A DNA stretch of 64,000 bases from Antedon mediterranea. Lineage: Eukaryota > Animalia > Echinodermata. The notes beneath the pieces are model-generated. The model saw only the letters and a program-made list of their open reading frames with translations. It was not told the DNA's origin and searched no databases. Each line of letters starts with the position of its first letter. Position 1 is the first letter of the stretch. Where the stretch lies: the NCBI RefSeq assembly GCF_964355755.1, contig NC_092670.1, forward strand, positions 14,866,795 to 14,930,794, read 5' to 3'. The position numbers and the translations under genes are program-made. Below are positions 25,701 to 37,700 of this stretch, one piece after another.

Positions 25701-28700
25701 GTCATTTATAAAGATCAGGGAGAGTACTGGACCTAGTACTGAGCCTTGGATGACTCCACTAGTCACTGGTAGCCAACATGATAGTTGCGTGCTTGACAGT
25801 ATTTCTTGTACCTTGCTTTTGTTTGTCTTTTGTGGTAGTGTTTCCTGGCTTTTTCCTTTGCTGCTATCTTGGAAAGGGTCTTGGCAGTCATCCATTTCTG
25901 TTTGCTAGGAGTGCAAGAGTGTGTAGTTTTAGTAAGTGGTACAAAGTTTGATGTTACTTGCTGATACTTGTCATGAAAGAACTCCCATGCTTCAATAGAT
26001 GATTTGTCATTTAGCAGTTTGTTCCAGTTGTAGGAACTGAAGTGAAAGTTCATTGCAGAGTAGTCGCCCTTGTGGTAATTAAGTTTGGTAGTGGTGGTGT
26101 CTTCCTTTGAAAGCACTGATCCCTTTTCGAGTAGGAAATCAAAGGCCAATGTTGCATGATCACTCTTGCCGATAGGTGGTAAATAATTGATTTGATCTAT
26201 TTCGAGTTCATTTTCAGTGAAGATTAAGTCAAGTGTAGATGGTCGATCATTGCCCCTAACCCTTGTTATGTCATGTACATGTTGAACAAAAAGGTTGTCA
26301 CAGCATGTTTCATAGAACAGCTGTTGGTCACTCTCTGGTAAGCCATGCACAATGTGATCTGTCCAGTTAATCTCTTTGTAGTTAAAGTCTCCGGCTATAA
26401 TAAGTTGGTCATGTTCAATATTACACATCTGATTTATAGACAGATTTATTGATGTGTTATAATTGCGGGTAGAGTTCGGGGGTCTAAATACATGCAACAG
26501 CTAGTTTCTTGTCGCCAAATCTAAGTGAACAAACGCAAATTTCACTGTCAGTCCAAACAGGTTCTTGGATAATTTCTGAAATAATATCATTTTTAATCAA
26601 AATGGCTACTCCGCCGTCCTTAATGTTAGGCCTGTTTCTACGATAAACTGAAAAGTTTTTAGTATCAAAATAAAAGTCGCTTGAATCGTTTTCTTAAAAC
26701 CATTATAACATACTGTTTTCAGGAATCTGTAACTCTGACCCTTCTGATGACTTGACAATGCCGAATGGCACGATCACGGAAAACACAGCCGAATTTGGAT
26801 TTAGTTGGCTTGTGGAGGGCTCAAATTGCACCAAGCCTCCCAAACCTACTTGCAGCGATGATACCACAGACGCTGAAAAAGTTTGCGCAGCATTTTATCA
26901 ACCGCCATTGTCAGACTGCGGAATCCTGGTAAATCCTGTGGAATATTACAATTCATGTCTCTATGATACCTCATGTGGGCATGGTCCATGTGATTCAATA
27001 GCTGCGTATGCTGGAAGGTGTCAGGAATATGGAGGAATGTGTATTGAATGGAGAAAAGCAGTCGGTATTTGCAGTAAGTTGTTTTAATTAAAATTAACAA
27101 CAATAGTAATAATGATGATACAATAATGACAATGATAATAATTTATAATTCATAATGTTATATCAGAGAAGAGAATGTATTTATTGTAGAAAGCAGTAAT
27201 AAACAAATAATAATTATGTTATTTTAAATTGACAACGTTATCGTTTGGTTTAAACTTAAACCTGGTTAGTGTCAAGCTGGCCACATTTAGAGAAATTGCC
27301 TCGACATTCAATAAACATCAATTGAAATATCAAGATGATAAAACACTATGACCTATATATAGTAATTTACGATTAAGATATTTTCATGATACTGTAGCCT
27401 ATCCTAAATGTGAAGCGCCAATGGAGTACAAGGCATGTCATGATGGTTGTCCAATACAAAGCTGTGATGAATGGCAGCAACGTAAGCAAGAAGTTTGCCA
27501 ACAGACAGAACTTGAAGGATGTTACTGTCCTGATGGATTCATTATGAACAGTACCGGGCAGTGTGTCGATTGTTGTAAGTTTTTTTTTAAACCGATCTAC
27601 CTCCACAAAAACAGTGTGATATGCCCAAATATTGTAGTGATATGACATCATCATGTCCATATAGGGGCACACCATATTTGTTTTGTCACATAAAGTTTGA
27701 TTGTGTAGACAGAGCTTTAGTCACTCTTGTTAAGTCACTCATATTTGCGAGTATTTCACCACCAGATATGTTCAAGCACTTCTTGGTTTTCACACCAATG
27801 TATGTGTGTCAACATTAAACAGCTACAATAATAGATGGGTCTAGAACAACTACCACGTGGACAGCTACCCTCCGAAAACTACCCCGGACAATTATCCCCT
27901 ATAGGACAACTACCCCCTTAGGACAACTACTCCCTATTAAAAAAATATAAATCAATTCATTGTCGCTATTTTTCAGAAATAAGGTTCTCGACGCACGTAA
28001 CTAAAGTTTTCGTAATTCCTGCGCACACGCAGATTGATTTGTTTACAACATGGGCGGAGCTTGCGCGTTATCTGTTGGAAAATAGCGTTAAAGTTAACGC
28101 GCTCCTGCGAAAGCTTCGTAAATGACTCACCGATTACCCACGCTTTCTAAAGTCTTTCACACCTGTTCCGGCATGTCCGGTTCGCGATTTTTTTTTTCGT
28201 ACATAAGTTGGGGACCCCTTAATGAAACGTCACAAAATAAACATGAATAATTCATCAGTTAAATTTTCTTGTTCCGTGTGCACCCAAGCGTATAGCAACA
28301 AGAAGTGACACTGCGATACGATTCAAGGCCTATCTCCGCTGTGGTTGTGGCGTGCGATTTCATAAAAGAATAGCGGCGTTTTGTGTTGATTGTCGAAATA
28401 ATCAGCCTTTAGTTTATGATAGTGTTTTTAATATAATGTATTACTAAAGAATTACGTGTTAAAATTATAGTTTCTATTAATACTATTAGGCCTAATTATT
28501 AGTCTCTAAAGCCCATGTCTATTCTAGTAGTCTGTGTGGGTGTGACGTGTGTGTTACTGTTAGGTATGACACAGTCCGAGTAATAAATCAGCAAAATTAA
28601 ACAATTACATTACACAAAAATACATTTTTTATTCTCGTGGTTCTAATCTTTCCATCTCATGTGTTCATAATTTAACGCGCATTTTTAAAGTTCATTTGAG

Positions 28701-31700
28701 TATAATAAAATAGCAGAATTAAAAAATTACAGTACACAAATTATACATCTTCTTGTGGGTCTAAGCTTTCTATGGGCTATGTCTAATTACTACCGTACTT
28801 AGTTGAATCATGGATTAAAGAATAGAAGGATATGCATCGACGTGAGATCAAGGGTTCCTTGACTCTCGCCGACAGACCGCGGACCGCCCACAATGTTACA
28901 GTTTAATTAACCGCATGGTAACAACGAAACGGTCGCGTGCCTAATATATTGTTTACTGCACATGTGCAACGACATTTAACCTTGTTGGCTACGCTTCTTT
29001 CGCGCGTTCTTTGTTGCACTGTATGTATTCATTCATATTTGAACAGTATAATCAGTGGCGTAACGGCTATGTGCGCTCACTGGCTAAACCGAAGCTTGAG
29101 GAACAGGCATAAAATATGTCGAACATGCTAAAAACGTACGTCCGAGGCCTCGATCTTTGAAACTCGGAGGGCCACTTAGGTTTCCTAAACGTGGCTCCAG
29201 GCCTCTGCCTCACGCCACTGAGTATAATGTTTATTGAAAACATATTAAATTACATTGTATGTTATTGTGAAGACCCTGTGTAGGCCTACTTCATCAATAT
29301 ACCAGATAAAAACAATACTATATTGTTATTGGCTTAGAATTGTAGATGCTATAATTGTAATTAGTATAGGTTTCTGCCGCGATTGATCTACGCTAATGTT
29401 TTTAATGACATTAAAGTAGCATTTTTATGACCTGTAGTAGCCCTACATCTGAGACAATAACTATTTATTTGTTGTCTCAGCCTACATGTAAAATTACAAA
29501 ATCAGCAAGGATACTAGGCCTAGGCCTTAGGCTTACTAGTAAACCATATGATTTGCCGACATTGATACTGCCTAGGTATAGGCCTAGGCTAATCTTAAGT
29601 GTAGTAGATACAACGTGTAATCATGATCTCCTCACCGTTGTCTTACTTCTTGTGTACCAGTGGTGGCGCCAGCTACGGGGGGCTCTAGCCCCCTCGTCGG
29701 GGAGCCTAGCCCCCCCGTCGGGGAACACGGGTACTTTTTGTCGGGGAATATAACATACAGTAAAAAAAATTCACGTTCACTTCATATAGCTTCAGCGCCT
29801 AGAAAACCACGACGTTCCATTGACCGTGAGAGTACGTCAGAGGGCTATTATGCACTTTTATGCATTCGTTATTGCCAGACACCGTTGGGTCGAGACGCGT
29901 GGTATCATGTTCCATCCAGGGACCAAAATGTGTAATGTAGTTATTTTCCAGGCGAAGTTTACCGACGGTTACCGAAGGGAACACGGGTACTTTTTGTCGG
30001 GGAATATAATATACAGTAAAAAACGTTCGCGTTCACTTGGTAGCTTCAGCGTCTAGAAAACCGCGACGTCTCATTGACCGTGAGAGTACGTCCGAGTGCT
30101 ATTATGCAATTTATATGCATTCATTATTGCCAGCGATCTTACTACTAAACATTAGCTAGGTACGCACTTGTCTGGCGGTATCCCTTTGTACGAATCGTTC
30201 AACGTTGGGTCGAGACGCGTGATATCAAGTTCCATCCAGGGACCAAAATGTGTAATGTAGTTATTTTCCAGGCGAAGTTTACCGACGGTTCGGGTACTTT
30301 TTGTCGGGGAATATAATTCGTTCGCGTTCACTTCGTAGCTTCAGCGCCTAGAAAACCTCGACGTTTCATTGACCGTGAGAGTACGTCAGAGTGATATTAT
30401 GCACTTTATATGCATTCATTATTGCCAGCGATCTAACTTACTACTAAACAATAGCTATAGGTACGCACTTTTCTGGCGGTATCCCGTTGTACGAATCGTT
30501 CAACGTTGGGTCGTGATATCATGTTCCATCCAGGGACCAAAATGTGTACTGTAGTTATTTTCCAGGCGAAGTTTACCGACGGTTACGTCGTGTACTGTGT
30601 CGACGTGCGCTACACACTACAGCAAAAACGAATTATGTTAATTGTTCGTATGTTCACCAATTTTTTAATTTACAAGTAACCTTCTGTACCGTGGGGCACC
30701 TAAAATAAATATTTCATCCATTACTAAACAAAAAAACATGCCATTTTCGCTTAGCCAACATCTTATTATAGCTAAGTTATTAAATTTCCAATGTCCTGAT
30801 GTCATGAATTTCTCACCACTCGGAAGTCCAGATGGTACGCAGGCATACACTTGGGAGGAATAAACTTATTTCCCCGACTGAAAAAGGTCTACGCTTGCAT
30901 TTTTAAGCCTCTGGGCCTGATGTTTCCAAAGTATAAAATGCAATTTTTTGAAGACCTGCAGCTCTAGTTTTAAACATTTTCTTAGCTCAGCCCCAACAAT
31001 AAAGCTGGTCATATTTCGAAGTACAAGAAGTGCATTTTCCGGGACCTAACATCTCTATTTTTCAAACACTTCTTAGCTCAGTCACAACCATGATAGGGAC
31101 TTATATATTTTGTTTCATGTTTTGAAGTATAATAAGTCCAATTTCCAGGACCTCCAACTCTATTTTTCTAAATTTTCTTTGAACTTTTATTTTTTAAATT
31201 GAAAAATATGGATTGAAACAGTCATCGCGCATCGTTTTTTTGCACGCAGTATTTTATTTATGCATTATAAAAAATGGAAAAAATGGCTACCCTAAATCTG
31301 ATTAAAATGACCTCAAATGACGCTAGAACGCGTTGCTTCCGGGGGCTTCGCCCCCTGGACCCCCACCGGGGGCCCTTGGCGGCCCCCTGGCCCCCAGCCT
31401 TGTGATGCTCGCTTTGCTCGCATAGCCCCCTCGTCGGGGAATGTAGCCCCCGCGTCGGGAAGATCCTGGCGCCACCCCTGTTGTGTACGTGTGAATAATA
31501 ATAGGTACTTCGTTTGTTCGTGATTAAGTTTTATTTTCCCTGCGTGTACTTTTCAAAACGACCGCTAGGTAACATATGCAACTATACATAGCCAGCCAAT
31601 CCCGGATCAGGGATCGCTGTTTTCATTCAATTAGTCCCGGTGATTGGATGTGATGATGATGACATAACCACTAGCCAATCACCAGGCACTAAAATTTTAA

Positions 31701-34700
31701 TATAATCACATCGATAATTAAGGAGATTTATGAAGAAACCACTGCTTAGCCATTTATTAAAAACACGATTGTTGTATGGGTGAACACCGGCCACGCTAAC
31801 AACATACATGGTCAAATGCATAATTTAATATTCTATAGATTAACGCAATTTTTAATGACAGAAGATGGCAGGCAAATAATGATAATTCAAATATAAAAAT
31901 TGCATATTTCATTAATATTACCAACTACTTAAAATTACCAGTCGTAAGAAAGTGAACTTTTCGTAGTCCGATTGTTATGAAACTAAAACAGAATTATTCA
32001 GCAATATATTTTTGTTGTCAATTAATCATCGACGCAGACATGTCAATAGAACATTCAGACTGCGCATACGATCTACATAGTTACGTTTTGGTCTCAAAAT
32101 ATGTAAGGGTTGATTCGCAGAGTTTTACATAGGGCCGCGGTTTGTTTGATTGGCAGCAGTGCTTTAGTATAGGCAAGCGCGTTGTAAAATCGTTTGATGT
32201 CACCGTCGATGCATATCCTTCTATTCTTTAATCCATGGTTGAATGTCTTGCCTAGCTGTCGATTAGCCTCGACACATTTTGCATAGGTTGGTGTGTGTGT
32301 GTGAAGAAGAGTGCGCGAAGGCAATCACATGAATTGACCTAGAATCCTAGGCCTAGAAAGAATCGTATCGCAGTTGTAATCACCTGTTGCTATACGCTTG
32401 GGTACACAAGGAACAAAACATTTAACTGATGAATTATTCATGTTTATTTTGTGACGTTTCATGAGGGGTCCCCAACTTATGTATGAAAAAAAAAATCGCG
32501 TCCGGTTCCGGTTCGGCGCCGGAAAATCAACTCGAACGCCAATTGTTTCGTTTTCACTATGCGCCAATCGATATGCGCGTAGCCGTGTGAAAACGAAACT
32601 TGAAGTAAAAATAGAGTAATTCGATGTGTTTGAACAAGTGAGAGATGGCTACAGTTGTTTCCAAGTACTGTAGTGGGGAAAATAAATGTACTGCTATCGA
32701 CAGCATTTACTTGTCCAATGTAACATATCAGAAATTTGTTTTCTGTACACTATCAAATTACACATATAAAAAAACATACACATCATAATAAAAATATAAG
32801 AATATAAATTAATTTGAGTCCAAAAACTTTTTTTCTAGAGGTGTGATTTTCCGAAGGGTAGTTGATTTTGGGGTTAGAGGTCGTAGACGGGTAGTTGTCC
32901 CAGAGGGGCAGTTGCCCTAGAGGGTAATTCTTTTGAAGGATAGTTGTCCCAGGGAGTAGTTGTCCGGGTGATAGTTGTCTTGGCTGTAATTGTCCGAGTG
33001 ATAGTTGTTGTCCGAGTGGTAGTTGTTGTCCGAGTGGTAGTTGTTGTCCGAGTGATAGTTGATGTCCGAGTGGTAGTTGTCCGGATATGGTAATAGATAA
33101 TTAAATTGTTTAAAAAAACAGATAATTATATACATTTTCTTAGAATTTTTAAATAATAAAATCAAATAATTATATAGTTAATCAAATCAATAATCATGTC
33201 ATGTAAAAAACCAAACCCTAAAAAATGTACTCCTATACAGAATAAAATGACTTATTATTGAATACAAAATGTTTTATACAGTATCTTGTGAGGTAGACGA
33301 CGGCATCCTTAACAATGGTGAATCGAGGAGGGTGGAAAAATGTACTATACTAACATGTAATAACAATATTATCAGTGTCAGTTCCGATACAATTAAATGT
33401 GGGCAAGGTGAGTTTTGTTTTTTTAAATTTTCCTTCTTTTAAGATTATAACGTCTTTCCATGATTCATCAATGAAAGTTAAAAAGCCTGTATGTATGTCT
33501 GTAAAGTCTGTATTCCTTGAACTGCTTTATATGCTTCATGTGCTATCCAGCAATCTGAAAACCTTAAATTGATTACTTTACACAATATCCTATATTATCT
33601 TTATTACTCAAAGTAGTATGTACTGTTTTAATCTTCTTTATTTACATGGTTAGGAGAGAGATTATTTACAGGATTATATATCTATATATAATGACATTTG
33701 GGAGTTATTCATTAATGGGAACACTGACGTTAAATTACATCTTACTATGGGAAGTGATAATTATCTCTTCAGCAAGGAAGTTATGAATATTCTTGATAGG
33801 TTTAGTAAAGCATATGTTAAAAGATTATGGAAAAAGCGCTCTCAATTAATGAATAAAAAAAATAGATAAATTAAGAGGCGTCTGGTTCTGTATTGCAGTG
33901 TAATCTTGTAATAGTAAAATTAGGTTTAGTTTTTTATATTTCCTTCATGTTGTAGGGATTAGTAATTGGTTTTGTAGATTAAGAGTAATCATGTACTATA
34001 TCTAAATTACATTGTGTTGAGATTATTCAATTACAGGGTTAGGTTCAGTTGATAGTTGGGAGAGAATAATAGAAGGTTAGGTTCAGTGTTATTATTCAGT
34101 TGTCTACTGCGCCGCTATGCTCATTTTTAATATAATTATACAGACCTGTTTAATTGTTTCTCATCTTTCGAAGGCTGCAAATGTGACAATTCTGATTTTC
34201 TACCATGTAATGTTGGTTATAAGATGATAACTACAATAGTAGGTGAGATGTGTGATTGCGATAACGTAACATGTGGTAAGTGCAATTATTATTAGTTTTC
34301 TTTACTTTTCGTGTACAATGAAGAAATATTTTATCAAAATAGTAGGCCAATTTGTTACTGGTTTTATAAACTTTTCGTTAACATTTTGCAGACATTTTTA
34401 TCGTAATAGATGCCAGTTTAGAATGTTAGTGTTCATAAATTTACGTCATTAAACTCACTAGGGTTCTTGAATTTTCTTCTCCGTCATCGTGAGATCAGAA
34501 ATAAACACCCTGAGATATCCAAAATTTATACATATATTCCTACTAAACCGAATCATTCTTGCCCATTATAGTACGTCTATATCAATATAATATTTTCGAT
34601 AATGTGAAAAGGACATTAGATAAGTTGATCTGACATGAAAACTAATCAAAAATCATCATTACAATTATATACATCATATTATTACAATTAGGCTTCAATT

Positions 34701-37700
34701 CAATATAACATTTATTCAATAATGGTAAGACAAATAATACAAGAATAATATACAAATAATGAATGTTTATGAGTACAGTGTAATGGTAAAAATAATGGCA
34801 CGAGGTGAATGATGAAAGGTTATATTTCAACGAGGCGATGAGCCGAGTTGAAATATAACCTTTCATCATTCACCAAGTGCCATTATTTGTACCATTACAC
34901 GAATACAAAACATTCATTATTTGTTTTATATAACATCTAAATAAATTCTAGTTATTTCAATCAATAAAAGGTAGCCCTAGCCAAAGCCTACTACATTTCA
35001 TTCACATTGATTAAAAACAGTAACATTTGGTTTTTAATAATTTTATATTAAATGTTATATTTATATGGATTTCGTAAACACACCTACTTTTGTGTTAATT
35101 ATGTCAACAAATGACCAAACAATCCTAGGCCTAGCAAGGCTAAAACGCCTTGGCTAGGCCTAGCCTAATACTAGCATGGCCTAGGCTAGACCTAGTAGCC
35201 TAGTACTAGCTTGGCTGAAAGGCAAAACTTCGACAGACAATTGGAACTTATCTAAGCTAATTATGGTTTTTCCAACAATTCCACGTCTTGTAGGGAAGTA
35301 CCCATTAATTAATCAAAATCCTAAAAACGATCTAAAGCTAATTTAAATGCCTTTTTGAATGAAATTAGTACATAATGTCCAAATCATACACAAATATCTG
35401 CTGCTGTTGCATATCTCTTGGTGGTGTTTACAAATGAAACTGAGACCAGACGACAGGTGGCGCTGTTGTATTTCACAGTACAGAGCCATATCATAGGATA
35501 ATTTGTGTACTGTACTAGATTTTTTTTCATCCGCGAGACGTTTTTTTTTTCGTACACAAAAATGTTTCAAAAAGTACTATTAAACGATCGTTTAATAGTG
35601 CGTACTATTGCACGCCATGTGACCCACAATCGTCCAATCAAATGACAGGAATTTATTTAGGTTGTTATATAATAGACAATAAGAAACAGTAATGCAATAC
35701 AAAAAGAAGAAAAGGTAAATAAGAGAAAGGAATGCTATCATTGGGGTCAAGATTAGAAGTAAAAAAGTTGTCTCACCATGACCCCGAGAGAGAGAAGGAA
35801 AGAGATATAAAAAGCTACCTTAATAAATGGTATATAAAATTATTGTTGGTACAACTCTTATGCTTATTTTGTTTAAATTCTATGTTTTTAACAGTTCCTA
35901 AAGAGGTGTGTAAGCTCTCCAATGATATAATCCTACAAGTAAGTATACGGTAATTTTTTAGTTATTTAGATAATTATAATTATATTATCAGGGAGTTGAG
36001 TGGCAACTCCCTGATATTATAATTATATGTTTTATGCTAAGATTTTACAAATGCCCAAGAGGCACCTTACGTTACGTTGAAGGTTTTGATAGAATTGAAT
36101 CTGTATTACACACTGTGAGTGTACTGTTCACGTGTGAACAACACGAGCTATGTTTCTACATAATTCTCAACAACCAAAACATAATGGAGAACAGCGATGG
36201 AAATTAAACTGAAACCAAAGCAATCACTTCCAAATTTAAGTGCACAGTATAATGACTGCTACTACCAATTTCCAACTTGGTCACGTGCCGCTCTTCATGC
36301 GTTCAGATTACTATGATTTTTCAATGAATACCCCATTTTCTTGTAGTTAATTCCAAAAATCAAATGAAACAGGGAATCAATATTAAGCGTGAACAATGAC
36401 TCATTGATGTAAAAGAAGTATATAGAGTTTAATTGGTTATTTCACTATAACATAAAGTTATAGGCCTTCATTGCCATATATAATTTATTTTAAATATCGA
36501 ATAGAGTAATCAATCAATTATTTACAGCCTGGAGAAACTAAAACAATTGGATGTAATGTCTATACATGTTTGACTGATGAACCCCCTAATGGTGAATTTC
36601 ACAAGATTCAGAATCATACATTAGAGTGTTCTAAGTGTGGAAAGGTAATTTTTTTACCCAGTCAGTATCTGCTGACTGGGTCCTGTTTTTTTTTCAAACG
36701 AATCTTTCTTTCATATTCTATCTTTGTTTCATGCTATCTTTCTTTCGGACAATCGGGAAAATACCAGCTACTAGTTCCGAACGCTACATTTGATAAACTC
36801 GCCACCTGGTCTGACTTTCCCATCCGTATCTTGTTCGTGAATTTATGATCGAAGGTCGGGAAGGGGGCTAAATTAATGTTTTTGTAGCTCCAGAGGCGAC
36901 AAACAGGATTGTGTTGTCAGACACTATCAATTTTAAAATTGCTCCGATTGAGCTGGAACTTGGATAAAGTCTTCAAACTTGGTGGGTGTGTGGGCGCAGC
37001 TTAGTATAAGATTAAATCGTCAAGGTCATAGGTCAAGGTCGAACATTTTCAAATTACTCCGATCGAGCTGAAACAAAAAAATAAAATAATAGTCTTAAGG
37101 ATAGGGTGAGTATGAATCCAATATTAAGGAGGGCGCCATACAAGGTCATTCGATGTCAAAGGTAAAGATAAAATTTAAAAAAATTAAATAATATGACTGG
37201 GTTTAAGTTCTATTGAACATAGTGTCGCTAGTTGTGTTTTTAATAAAATTAAAACCATCATCGCATTGTAAACAACTCTTTAGTATGTTGTAGTATAGTC
37301 AAGAGACGTGCTATCATCAAACATAATTATGCCCTCACACATTCCATACGTCTGTTTTCTCATACAGCTCTCAATGCATAAACTGTTCATCATCACTCTG
37401 TCTTTAAGTACTCGGTGTTGAATACAGAATTTAGAAAGTAGGCCTACACAGCATATAGCAATGCATCATAAAGATAATAATACCATCTATATATAAATTA
37501 TGGCTAATTCTGACATAGGCGAGCACAATGCAAAAACTTCGGTACAAATCTCCGCCTTGGATACCTACCTTATCTATCTCAGATGTACCGCGAAACGTAG
37601 ATTTGATAACATTAGTTTTCACATCGACGCTATTGTTCCATATTTCTATCTTAGGAAGATATTATAAAGAGTTTTTTAACACAATTTATGATTTCAACAG

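Larger units (their letters stand above)
28809..32237. mobile_element. Non-autonomous TIR element with 7-bp TSD (P-element superfamily-like)
   Basis: TIR CATGGATTAAAGAATAGAAGGATATGCATCGACG, perfect inverted copy ending 32237; TSD GTTGAAT at 28802-28808 and 32238-32244. Confidence 0.75.
28184..32499. mobile_element. Non-autonomous Mutator/MULE-like element
   Basis: ~150-bp TIRs starting GCGATTTTTTTTT..TACATAAGTTGGGGACCCC; 9-bp TSD GTCCGGTTC at 28175-28183 and 32500-32508. Confidence 0.75.
27840..33086. mobile_element. Foldback-like element with inverted minisatellite ends (GGACAACTACC.. units), outer shell of a transposon nest
   Basis: Tandem GGACAACTACCCC-like units at 27840-27935 and the reverse-complement array (GGTAGTTGTCC, 15-18 bp) at ~32850-33086. 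Confidence 0.55.

Noticed and set aside
32917-33165. ORF with NYHSDN repeats
   Set aside because: Translation of the 18-bp terminal minisatellite, not a gene
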